A stretch of 63,975 nucleotides of DNA, the filler included, from Folioceros fuciformis (Eukaryota), in NCBI GenBank assembly GCA_049999805.1. It is 6 parts of 5 records of this genome, joined end to end, with 100 filler letters (N's around TTAATTAATTAA, not from the genome) between each part and the next. Parts side by side here need not be neighbours in the genome. Positions count along the whole stretch, not along the records: positions 36,915 to 59,348 come from JBNGIO010005870.1; 5 more parts are not named here. One strand, written 5' to 3'. The notes under the pieces were generated by a model that saw only the letters and a list, made by a program, of their open reading frames with translations, was not told where the DNA came from and made no database searches. Numbering within the stretch: position 1 is the stretch's first letter; every line of letters begins with the position of its first letter. Shown here one piece after another: positions 45,641 to 57,727 of this stretch. Both the position numbers and the translations under genes were made by a program.

Positions 45641-46202
45641 GGCGAGGAACAAGGGCAGTGACCACATGTAGCCACCCTTGGAGGTGGAAACCAAGGGCAT
45701 GAAACGCGACAAAAATGAAACGCATAGCCAAGGTTGATGGGTGTGGCAACTAGCTAATTTCTACACCTAACGCGGCAATTATAGAAGTTATCTAAGTAAG
45801 CCAGCCAAATAAAATGGGGCATATTAAGAGCGATAGCATGAGTTTAGGTCAAGCCATTTTTAGAAGACTTCCTAGTGCAATGGAAGGTGGATGGCCAAGC
45901 GGCATCTGGTAGTCGAATCATCAAGGGTAGAGGGAGCGGGAGTAGAGCAGGGTGCGGGAGTGTAGGTAGGCAAGCAAACTCAAATTGAATGCTAAAGCCT
46001 AAAGGGTTGTTGTGGGTGATTGATGGATTTAGGGGGATTGCAAACGAAGCTGGAGCTTGGGACACTCCCAAACTGTTCTTGCTGTGAAGGAGAACCACCA
46101 GGTGACGACAGCTGTGTGCCCACAAACATGAGAGGCAAGGCGAGAAGGAGCTGACGAGACGAGTCGAAGGGACTAGCTGGTGGGCTAAAGGACAGCACAG
46201 CG

Positions 46203-47040
46203 ATGGCCAGTCGTCAACTTGAGCAGAAGGAGAAAGAGGTGGAGGTCTTGGCGCGCAGCAGCGGACATAGAGGTCGCTACCATCAATGTGGACAAGTCAA
46301 TCCTCCCAAGCTGCCATATGTCCACCAACCTCAATTCATGGATGAGGATGCTGCAGAAAAGTGGACACAAGTGTTCACAAGGAAGTATTTTCTAAAGAAA
46401 CAATGGTGCCCACGTGCTATGTAGAGCTGAGCAGAGTTTTGCTATTTGATGAAGGACACCATTTGAATTGTCCTATAGAGTATTACCCTATTGATCACAA
46501 GGACTTGCTTGAGTTGCAGTGTAGGGGATATAAAGAGCTGCCTTGGGTGTGGACCAGCTATTGTGAAGGAGTGTACAGGAAAATCGAGAATCACATCTTC
46601 TTTCACCAAGTGTTTGATCACATGCCTCTAGAGACCTTCACGACTTATGGACCTAGGGAGTTTCTGAGAGGGATGAGATGTTTCAAACGCTGGTTTGCTC
46701 ACTCCCATGCGTATCGTGCGGGCATATACGTTTTGGTTTGGCCAAGGCAATACTATACGCTGATTCAATTTTTGAGGGTAGGAAAGCTAGAGTGGACAGA
46801 GAAGACCAAAGGGCAATTCCAAGAACTGCAAAAAGCGCGTTAGGAGTACATGGAGGCATGTGGTTCACAGATGGTAGGCTTGGGAGTTTCGATGAAGGTG
46901 GAGCTTGAAGATGGTCCAGAATTGTCATTCCACCTTCAAGAGAGCCAAGGCTATCGGCAGGATTCATAGTCAGAGGATGAAGAAAGTGATGCCTATGAGA
47001 ATCGAGTGCATGCGGATTGTGTTTTTGTGTTGAACAACTT
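46203..47040 (+). pseudogene. Extra ORF of unknown function downstream of gypsy pol
   Basis: Overlapping ORFs 46203-46424 and 46361-46843 are joined by a frameshift. Complex aromatic-rich sequence with an acidic tail after the stops. Confidence 0.5.
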
Positions 47041-47139
47041 CTATAAACGATGCTTGGGTAATTGGTAACTAACGCTTAATACTCATGTTACATGCCCTTA
47101 GTGTACACTCATGGTCTGTTGGTCCCAAACTCTGGATAG

Positions 47140-48206
47140 GGGAGTCAAAGACATATTTTGTGAAAGGATGGATCTGTACGCAAGTAGGTAAGTGTAAGTT
47201 AGGCTAGTAAGGATGATTAGTGAGAAAGAACATGGTGGGGATTGTTGCTAGTGGCTTGTTAGCTATGCGGCTAGATGGCGTGACGACTGTCATGCCAATG
47301 TGGCTTGGGCGGCTGAGTACGAAATAGATAGGTGCGTTCACATGTTGTAGATGTGGACTTGGATAATTTCCTAGGATACTAGTGCTAGGGCACTTTAAGG
47401 GCAGTAAGAGCGTAGTTAAGAACAATGACGGTTATGAGTGATTTGCGGGATCTAGTAGGCAGAGTTAAGACATAACGGTGCTTGCTGAATAAGAGATCAG
47501 GAAGGTAGTAGAGGGATGGATTGCTTGATGTCCACAAGGGTGGCCAAACAGATCTCGATGGATGTGAATTTTTTCCAGGCTTGTCGAATGGATTGCTGAA
47601 GAAGATTTGTAAGTAGACAAGAAAAATACCAAAGACATATTTTGTGAAAGGATGGCTCACACTTACACGGGTAGGTAAGTGTGAGTTAGGCCAGTAAGGA
47701 TAATTAATGAGAAAGAACGTGGTGGGGATTATCACCAATGGCTTGCCAGCTATGCTCCTAGATGGCGCGACATGGGCTTCCTATTGTCAAGAGGTTGGAA
47801 AGGAATCTTGTCAAAGAGAGTCAAGAGTGGTGGGCTTATTGTTGTCGAGAGGATGGAAAGCAATCATGTCACGGACAATCAAGAGTGGTGGGCTTGCTGT
47901 TGTCGAGAGGTTGGACAACAATCTTGTCAAAAGAGAGTCAAGAGTGGTGGGCTTNNNNNNNNNNAGGTTGGACAACAATCTTGTCAAAAGAGAGTCAAGA
48001 GTGGTGGGCTTATTATTGTCGAGAGGCCGGGAGGCAATCTTTTTAGGAAGAGTCAAGAGCAATAGCCAATTAAGTGGGTGTAGATCACCGTACTCTTGTT
48101 CGGCAACTTCTGGAGCAAACTATGAGTAATTAAGGTAAATACAAGATATATAGTCTCATTAATCTTTGAAGTGTATATACGTGTAAACCTTAATGTTCTA
48201 ACCACA
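47140..48206 (+). repeat. Probable 3' LTR region of the gypsy element with internal repeats
   Basis: ~140-bp direct repeat (47147 and 47631), ~59-bp tandem units at 47790-48060, ending CCACA at 48206. Confidence 0.5.
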
Positions 48207-48745
48207 GGACGAAGAGGCTTGCAAAGACGTACTGTTTCAAGTATCCAACGTAGCGCACAAAGGTCACAGCCACCACGCCCAGCAGCCGTTCGCTGAAAAT
48301 GAAGAAACATATTTATGGAGTTCACGCCTTCGGCGTCTGCCACACCAAGTCTCGTAAATCACAACCACTACACGATACACATGATGCGACCATATCCAAG
48401 AGTGCAGTAGAGTATGGATCACTCAGTTGCCCTAGAACAGACATCGGGAGCGAACAGTTTCAGGGGGGAACAATGGCGTGGTCGTTGAATTCTAATCAGA
48501 ACGCCTAAAGGCTTAGCTCTAAAACGCTAACTATGAGAAGAGTGCAGAATGTGTTGTCCATCGTTGCTCAGCTTGAGCAAAAGGGGCAACCATCCCCACC
48601 ATTACCTCCTAAATGCCTCTGGGTACAGAGCCGGAGAGCCGAAAGGTATTTCCATTCCCAAAGACTTCCTGTGGATCCATCACTTTCACTCCAGACTTCA
48701 AAAATAAGTTGATACGATCGGCCCCACAAGACATGACGCAGGCCC

Positions 48746-51700
48746 TCAGTCAATCTTTACAGAAGCATATATTGTGCGTACGAACCAGTAGCATGCATAG
48801 AAGCCTATAGTACCAGTCAGCACAAAGAAAGAATAGGAGATGATGACCATATAGCCGAAGTACAGCATCCCCGAAACCACTTTTGTGATATCTAGCTTGG
48901 TGAAGAAGTAAAATGTGGCATAAAGGAACAGGTAGAGAGCTGATGACCCTGAAGTGAGATAAGCCCTCCACCACCAGTGATAATCTTCGCTACATAACTG
49001 GAAGTAGCAAAGCACAATCGTTATCTCCGCGCAAGTGACAATCAGAATGATGAACACTATAAATAAAAAGCCGAAGATGTAATAAAATTGATGCAGCCAA
49101 ATTGAGGTCAGGATGAAAAAGAGCTCAATGAAAACTGCCCCAAAAGGGAGTATACCCCCTATCAGTATGGAAAACACGGGGCGCATATACCATGCTTGCT
49201 CAGGAATTTGTCGGGGAATTTTGTTTGTCCTGACAGGATCTTCAATTGCTGGCTTCTTAAATCCAAAATAGCTCCCAACAAAGACTAGTGGCACAGATAT
49301 GCCAAACCAGAGAAACACTAGTGCGAACATTGTGCCGAAGGGAACTGCCCCTGATGACTGCTGTCCCCAAATCAAGGCATTCAGAATAAAGAACACAACG
49401 AACACAACTCCAGGGAACATGAACGCAGTCTTCAATGTGTTCACTTTCCAGTCTGTACCCTTGAACATTTTGTACAGCCTTGCAGATGAGTAGCCGGCAA
49501 ACAACCCCATGAAAACCCAGAGTAGTAGCATTGCCGTCATAAGACCGCCACGGTTTGCAGGAGACAGAAAGCCCAGGACTGCAAACACCATTGTCACCAG
49601 GGTCATCCCAAAAAATTGCACCCCCGTGCCAACATAGACACACAACAGCCCTGCATTACTGGGCGGCCTGAAAACGTCTCCATGCACAAGCTTCCAGCCA
49701 GTTTCTTCTTGAGACTCGTCCTGTGTCTCTAGCTGATTATATTTTGATATATCACGATGTAGAGTGCGCATCATGATCATTGCCACCATGCCCGACAGAA
49801 ACAGCACGATCATCAAGGAGTTGATGATTGAAAACCAGTGGATTTGGTCATCAGACATGAGGAGAAAACTGTCCCATCTAGAAGCCCACTTCACTTCGCT
49901 TTGCTGTAGAAAAAGAACAAACCACCACGATAAAGATTACTGACACTGCCAAACCAATAAGAGAAAATTAGGAAAGACAACAAAGCAACACATGCATTCA
50001 TATTGTCTACTCACATGGAAATTCACATCATATGTGAAGATGACCTCCTTGTCAACGGCCAACTCTTGAGGGGGCTGGGATGTGTCTACAAATACTTTGG
50101 AGTGGGGATCACACGTCTTCAGAAGGGTGGAGCTGTCCTGCCATGAGTCATATTCATGATGCACACTGCAATCACAAGAGGAACCTAGTCATGTTGAAAG
50201 TTATACGGGAGAGGTCCAGAACAAATGAATCAGAGTATCGATAAGGCATGGAATATCCTTCAGACAACTTAGCTAGCAACCCTTCACATTGCAGGCAAGA
50301 ACTCTGCACTATCTATACGAATAGAAACGGGGTTGCGGATGACTCAACAACCCAAAAGAGCAAAGGAGACAAGTCAACACATTGACATCAGTGGAATAAA
50401 GTTCACTCATCCTGCGCACACCTGTAGTATCTGACTTCAAACCCAACGATGCGAGATTTCTTGGTCTCCACGTCCTCATGGAAATTGACAACAAAGTGAA
50501 GATGGTTGAAAATAAAATACCTCTCTGCGTGCTTCTGCAATGAAAATTTAAGCAAACAGCGATGACAATAAGCATGAAGAAGCAGCCACGTCAACCAAAA
50601 TTGCTATGGACTCTTTCAAGAGCAGCTAGTACTTCGTCAGCATGCTTAAATCCAACTGGAAAGCCCCTCTCGTAAGTCCTGTATGTGTTGCCCATCTCCT
50701 TCTTCTCCCTAAAAACTGCTACTGGCAGGTTGTCCAGAATCCTGCACGCATAACAAAGCTCAGATGAAGAACAAGCCTAATTACGGGATAGCAAAGCACC
50801 TACTGGAAATCTCTTGCAAAGATTCATTCACGTGTCGTAAATACTCTTCAGCCCCAAACAAGAACTCGCTCAAGATTCAGCAACGGCGAACCATGACTCA
50901 CATATTCACACGGTAATCTTCGTCTATCTTCTCTTTGAATGCTTTTTCTGACTTTGCCGACAGCTTAGGAATTCTGCAAACAACTTGGCAGCTCTTTGCC
51001 TGCTTCATGGCAAACTGCAACAGACCACCAAAAGCCATGAAACAATGCGGGACAAACCAACAGAGACTTTACTCATATCCATAAACCTGTACACTCAGAA
51101 GTTACGGCAGTTGTACCTCATATGGAGAGTTCTCTATGCGGTCACCGCGGAGAACTTCTCCCAAGTTCTCTGCACTGTTCACAATCTGCGCCGGTTTGCA
51201 GTATTCCAAAGAGTAATATTCATAAGGGAGTTGAGTCTTCGTTGAAGTCAGTTTGTTCACCTTGACGGAAACTTTGTCGGACTATTTCACGAAGACATGA
51301 ATGATATCAGAATAAAGGCAATCACGAAGTCAGAAGCAGGTCTCTTTTCACCGATTCTGCAGACAGACAACGCATTGCACACTAACCATTCGCGTCTCTG
51401 GCAGACACGGACACGCAAGCCAGCGCATGCTACAATAAGAGAACGTCGGACGCGACAACATTACAGGACACAAAAAGGGATTGCACACACATGGCGCAAA
51501 TACAATGGGGAACTAATCGCTCAACGGATGCTCAGAGACGGCATACCATCAGTGACCCTCTCAGACTTCACCTGCAAAGTCGCCATGACGTTTCTTGGAA
51601 TCAATCAATCGGGACTGATCTAGCTCAGTGGAACAGAAGCGTGGCCGGTGCACTTCGCCGGCCAGGCCACATGATGGAATTGGGGAGGGGACGTGGGTCT

Positions 51701-52195
51701 ATGCCATTAAAAATAATTCGTCAGGAGCTGTCTAACGGATGTAATGAAGAGCTTGGACGCATTGTGCACTACAAGAAAGAGCAAGATCGGGAAACAATGT
51801 GATGACAACTAACGACACAATCTAGCTCCAGCTACATGGGCTCTGCAGACTGGAAGAAAGAAGCGGGAGGATATCGAGAAGCACACACATGCCCTGAAAG
51901 ATATCATGAGGTAGAACAAATCCACCAACATTGATTGCCGAATCCAGATCTGGATGACAAACACAAGATAGGAAGCTAGCACGCGAATAACCACATCATC
52001 ACCGTACGAAATCTAGTATTCGACACAAGCAAAAGGGAAGTGTTGAAGAGGAAGGAGGGACCTGACCAGCTCGAAGTCCCGTGGGGCAACGCCTGGGAGA
52101 TAGAAGCCGTGCACCGGCGGCACCGCTGCTAGTAGCAAAACGATGCAGGAAATGGACAGGAGCGCCATACGCAGGCGCTCACCGGCGGTGGCCAT
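48746..52195 (-). CDS. TMN: Transmembrane 9 superfamily (EMP70/nonaspanin) protein, 645 aa, 7 exons: 52195-52067, 51281-51117, 51014-50902, 50741-50633, 50534-50422, 50165-50015, 49903-48746
   Basis: Signal peptide then [34 protein letters not shown] and [14 protein letters not shown], with a C-terminal KID motif. All introns are GT-AG and the exons total 1938 nt in frame. Confidence 0.97.
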
Positions 52196-53261
52196 CGCTT
52201 GAGTGTAAGCTGGTTGCAACCCCTTCAGAGGGAGGCCCAGCAGAGAAGACGGGAGACAACAACGATGGAAGAAAGGTGAGGTTTAAGGTAAGGGTTCGGA
52301 AACTCCGGTACCCTTAGGGCAAAGACTTTTACCCAACGTGATTCATGATGGTATTTTGTTGAGTGTAAATGATTTTTTATTAAGATACATGTACTGTTTG
52401 CAGCCACTAGTGATCGCCTGTCTCGTGTGTGGGCCAAACCGTGCGCTTTCTTTGTAGATCCATGAACCACGATGTTACCATGAACTTCTTGCCGGATAAA
52501 TTCGTGGTTAAGGGATTGTATCTTGTTACGTCGGTGAATAAAGGGTCTATTGCATATTAGGGTCTATTGCATATTTTATTATACATTTTTAATCTAATAA
52601 GGGAGAGCGACGCAAGTTAATCCCCCCAGGTTGATTGGTGATGTTTGGAAAGAAATTCGTCAAATCGAATTTTATGTAAAATTTATTCTAATTTATTTTA
52701 AATTTCCATGTGTACCTTTTTTTTTTGGTGGAAGAAAAATCAGATTATGATAGCTATCTGATATTACAAGAGTGCAATAGCGGAAGCTTAGGATCTAACA
52801 TGCGAGAACAACTCCACCATGCTGATGAGCAAGAGAATATCACCTCTCTTGCACACTCAAGCAAGCACATAGAGAAGGCTATGAAAAAAACCCTTCAATG
52901 AACGCAAAGCTTTTCTTGCTAGCAAAGACTGAAAGTTGTCGTAAAAATAATAGCTAGGAAGCATTGCATTTTACGACATGTTTAGTCATGGCATCTCAAA
53001 AAACCTTTTGTCTTGGCTATCATACAAGTGATAATAAAGCATAGGTAAGAGTTTACACCTATATATGAACATTATTTTTACTATAATGTTCATTTTAGAA
53101 ACGAATAGTTATATATATAGTTAACCATCTAATAGTTAATAGTTACCCATCTATCAATATGTGAGTGCACTACGGTATGTAATAGAAAAGCTTATTTTAT
53201 TATCTCATACATCATTAATTCAATATTCCGTACCTTACGCCCGATTAATTCTCACCTTACG

Positions 53262-53333
53262 CCCCGTTGATGCTCACCTCACTCCCCCATTGATGCTCAC
53301 CTCACTCCCCCATTGATGCTCACCTCACTTCCC
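53262..53333. repeat. 24-bp tandem repeat, ~3 units (CCCCATTGATGCTCACCTCACTCC)
   Basis: Directly visible. Confidence 0.8.
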
Positions 53334-53904
53334 TTAACTAGTGTGTAAAGTTCTTATTAAAAAAAAACCATCAAATCATTTTGAAGCATAATTTGTGGTG
53401 GCTATGTCTAGTGACATATCTCACAGGTGAAAGATATATGGAAATATAATTTCACGATCGGGACACCATAAGCTCAAGAAAATGAAATCTCGGGATAAAT
53501 GTTGATTCACGCCAGGAAAAATCCAAAATACATCAAAAGGCAATTTTCTAAGACAGATTCTTACTCGATGGGCTTGTTTGCAGCCATAAATCAAAGTGTC
53601 CAGCGAAAAGTTCATGACTACCATGACTTCGTTGAGGCTAAATCAGTGGCATCTCAGGCACAACGAGATCCAAAACCTCAACCTCAACAATGTTCCAGAA
53701 ACCAGAGCTGACCGACATGTGTATCACCAGAAAGAGGGCTCCGAAGGTTTGACAACCTTCGGAGCCCTAAACCCTAAACCAGAAACAAGAAAGCACGGTA
53801 TACTTGCCCTGTAGAGAAACCGCCTATCATGGTGTCCGCCACTCCAGGCCTCCTGGGCTTTGTGAGATTGCTACTTGTAACGGTTCTTCCTGCAGAAAAC
53901 AAAC

Positions 53905-54807
53905 CTAAGCAACATAATCATCTTCAAGGACAGGTCTCGTGCGGCTCGCTGCAGCTGCAGGCGCTCGACTGTTGCCAATCAAAGCTGTCTGGAGAGTCTC
54001 TCCACGGTCCGCAATACCCTGCATCTTTGTCATCTTCGCACTGTTTAGCATTCCATGCACAACCAGGGCCAGGAATCCCAGAAACAACAACACAACGACC
54101 ACTCCAACAACCGAACCCACAGCTATCTTCCACGCATCCGACGTCTGCGAGTGTGCAACGGCTGACTGCTGTGAAAGCGATAATACAGAAAAGTCTCCTA
54201 GATGATCGTAGGAACACGTCCCTGAAAAATCCGTGGTTTGAAGAACAGAGCCCGGTGAGCTGTTGCTAAAAGAAGCACATAAAGCACCGCTTCTGATGAA
54301 GGAAGGGTCCAAATGAACAACAATACGATCCTGTGTGGCGATAACACTCAGCTCGGGAAGCTGCTGCGTGCTAGTGAGATTAGCAGCATCGTAGACCAAA
54401 ATCCCGACTACCGGACCCGAGTTATACCCACGTGGAAGGGAAGAATTGAAAACGGAAACGTTCTCGAACTTCCTGTACACTAAAACCACACTCCGAAGCG
54501 TTTCATTCACAACCACACCAGTAGGGATACTGAACTCATTAAACACGAAGCCACGTCTTCGTAGACTGCCAGTTCTCAACCGGACCGCCTGCACAGTAAC
54601 ATCCAGCATATCCGGTGGCAGTGACACATTGAAGATAGTTCCTGTCTTGGGGTGCCTGAACGCCTTGAATGCATAACTCTGGATCAAGGAGTTATTCAGA
54701 ACCGCAAGATCACTGCGTTCGCTTCCGCTGACCCTCATCGTCAGCGGTTCCAAGAGATCAGCGTGAGCTCCAGTAATGACTGAGAGTAGCATGAGCACTA
54801 AAATCAT
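53905..54807 (-). CDS. DUF1191 family type-I membrane protein, ~300 aa, single exon
   Basis: Signal peptide MILVLMLLSV, the VRLRTGSLRRRG motif, TM segment WKIAVGSVVG..., and C-terminal GETLQ..IGNSRAP.A..SRTRPVLEDDY. Confidence 0.88.
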   Translation of the reverse strand: MILVLMLLSVITGAHADLLEPLTMRVSGSERSDLAVLNNSLIQSYAFKAFRHPKTGTIFNVSLPPDMLDVTVQAVRLRTGSLRRRGFVFNEFSIPTGVVVNETLRSVVLVYRKFENVSVFNSSLPRGYNSGPVVGILVYDAANLTSTQQLPELSVIATQDRIVVHLDPSFIRSGALCASFSNSSPGSVLQTTDFSGTCSYDHLGDFSVLSLSQQSAVAHSQTSDAWKIAVGSVVGVVVVLLFLGFLALVVHGMLNSAKMTKMQGIADRGETLQTALIGNSRAPAAAASRTRPVLEDDYVA

Positions 54808-55879
54808 GTCACAACCTTTCAAATGGCTCGCGTCCGGCAGCCCCTGTTTGCGTGAGGAAGCCCCGACAACTGGGCTTTTACATTCTTGAATCTGGAAGGA
54901 CAAACACAAGATCGGCCACAGGAGACCTGGCCATGAAACGCATCTGGCACACTCAGTACAAGAAGACTGAGGCGCAAAGGAAGAAAGATGCTGAGACACA
55001 TAGGAGAGGCAAGACAGCAAACGGGAAGGGCAACCTCGCAGCCCCATGCAACGGCGGCAAGCTAGCAACCTGCTAGTCGAAATAGAGGTGATACCCCAGC
55101 CAAGGACGTCGGCCGCCATAACCGCATTGGATCACGCCTTCGTAGAGCCAACCTCGCCCGTGAAACTCAAAGTTCGAGGGTCAGACGATAGGTAGACGGA
55201 GGCCGTACACGGGCAGCCACCTTTTTTGGCACTCAAACGGTACACTTTCTCGTTTCACAGGAAAAACAGCGGGGAAGGAAATAAAAGCAAAGACGTATGT
55301 AAGTGCAGGTCGGTTCCTGCATTCTTCACTTTGGACTTAACCTAACCAGGTGTATGGCAGGCGCAGCCATGAGGCCATTTGAACAAAAGGGGGTGGCCAA
55401 ACTAAACGGACGAGGCGTGGCAGCGTCAAACCCTCCGCGGAGGAGGTCGACGCCCTAGTGACGAGCAAGTCTACGGAGCGCGATTTGACGGGTGATATAG
55501 AGTGGTGTGTTGTACTTGCGGGCCGTGAGCAAGGCTGAAAGGCTAGACTGGAAGGTAGTTGGGGTGTATGTGGTTGGACATACGAAACATCTATCTTGAA
55601 GCATAGGATGTCCGCTCCGCTAGGTACTTCATCCTACGATTTGGTACCCAAAAGGAGGAAGGGCATGGCGCGGAGATCGTAGACCAGCCACATGAGGGGA
55701 ATCTGGAGATTGGAAGTTCCATCTACCTCCTGACAAGGGGACAACCCGCAATAGGGAAAAGCCAAAAATGGGAGGCCTAGCCCCCAAAAATGGGAGGCCT
55801 AGCCCCCTTCCTACTAGCATGTAACTCCCTCTCGCCCCCAAGATGTTGTATTCAAGTACAAGGTATGGCCTGCTTATCA

Positions 55880-57420
55880 ATGGGGCTGTTGAAGCCGCAT
55901 TCGCCATGCTTCATGTTGTCCAAAAAATCGAGTTTGTCAAGGCCTTTTGTAGCGCAATCAAAACCCGTTGCCGGAAAAAAATACCACCACACCATATAGG
56001 GAAAGCCGTATGCCACTCCTACACCGTGATGGGCCTTCACGTATCCTTCACATAGGTCTTCAAAAACCTGGAAACATTCTTACCCATGGACCTGTGCGTT
56101 TCAGTAGCAAGGGGGATGAACTAGTGACCCTATTGCATGGGCCTGTACTTGCAAGTCTTCCGTGTCGTGCTTTCTTCTGCCGCCCAACCCAACCGGAGGG
56201 GTTGATAATGACATGCTCGCTGATGGTTGTCCTAGTGAGGTTTGTGACAACCACATCCGCTATAGAAACCTAGTCCCCTTTGGTTAGGAAATGGTCTGCA
56301 ATGAGAGAGACATCATTGAGAGGGTATATGGGCACTCCTTGAAGGGGAAGAAACTACCCTCCTTGGCCATAGAAAACATAACATCCCTCATTGCATTATG
56401 GCTAACGATGCGTTGTCCGCCAGTAGAGCAACATGCCAGGTGGCTCCCGGGGTCATTAAGGGGGACCCCACAGCTACAAGAAGAGAGAGACCAGGCCAAC
56501 GATTGGACCAAGCCAAGGTGGAACCTCATCGCGATAGAGAAAGAAGCTCGTGTGATTCGGAAAGCTTGGATACATGGACGGGCCAACAACCAAGAGCTAG
56601 CACCCTTCCTCGAACAAGATCGAAGGTATGCGTGAGCCTGCTTGTCAATGGAGGAATCTAGTAGGAGGGCTTGCAGTTCTTGCCCATAATGCTTTTCCAT
56701 GTGGATGGCATGATGCCCTCTCATACCCCCACAAAGGAAGGAGGAAAAAGAAGGCATGACTAATTGGGCTTGTGAGGATAAGAGATCCCGAGCCCTCCTG
56801 AGAGACTCTTGGAGGGGGAATGGCCCCTCCTCAATTCTGGTGACAAACCCCTCCAAAATGCTCAAGTTTCCAATGGAGAAGTAAGTCACCAAAGCTGGGG
56901 TAGAGAGTGCCCAACTGCCAAGAAAAGCAGCTGGCGCAGACACATCCATGGCCAGTAGCCCAATGCCGCTCGAAGCAATGGGTAGGGATGCCTGTCTTCT
57001 AGCCAGAACACCGGCAATGCAATCAAATGAGCCCAGGCCACCAATGTCCCCTAATTCCTTCAATACTTGCTTGTCGAATTCCCTCAATTTGGAAAGAAAA
57101 TCTAGGGATGGAGACACCGTGCGGATGAGGTACCTAGAGCGTCGCGCAAAGCAAGTGGAGAGCATGCCGTAGGCCACCTATGGGTCCCCAAGCTAATGAA
57201 GGTTCTCAATATGTGCGTAATCGTCCGTCTAAGCTGCATCCACAAATTCGCTGATGAAGTCAGGGGGGGGCCATATGAACTCCCAAGATATGGATTCCAA
57301 ATGGAGAATCGATGTTTTCCTTTCGAAATTGTAGAGATGGATTGATACTAAATGGAGACCAAAACTTACACTTGGAAATCTTGACTTTTAGGCCCTTAAT
57401 TTGATGCTCAACTTTCATTG
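55880..57420 (-). mobile_element. 5'-truncated non-LTR retrotransposon with restriction-like endonuclease (CRE-like)
   Basis: RT thumb region (YLIRTVSP, ASLP..SGIGL), then CSC..HL.CC..H zinc motif, then ADVVV..K..KY..FIPLATET..FRQRVLIALQK across frameshifts. Confidence 0.78.
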
Positions 57421-57727
57421 ACAAGTCAGATTAACAAAAATCTCTACAACTCCATTCTCATCCTTACAATATGCTTGACCATCTTTGTCCAAATCAATTG
57501 ATAAGCAATTCCAACCAAAATTCTTATCCAATACCACACCTTTCAATTCCTCCTAGGGCTTACACATTGTATTCTTTTCTTCTTCTTTTTTTCAATTTAT
57601 CAATTACAATGCACATTGAACAAAAGTATTGGCACTTAGGGACTGCTTCCAATGGTGGCTTTAAATAGAAATGTGCCACCCATCATTGCAATTATCACAT
57701 AATGTAAATAAATAACACGGAGGCTCT

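Noticed and set aside
52196-52219. ORF-track start of the TM9SF first exon
   Set aside because: It is a TTG. The first ATG is at 52195.
54808-55119. 104-aa N-terminal extension of the DUF1191 ORF
   Set aside because: A signal-peptide-like start at 54807 fits the family. The upstream frame looks like an open 5' UTR, although transcript data are needed to exclude it.
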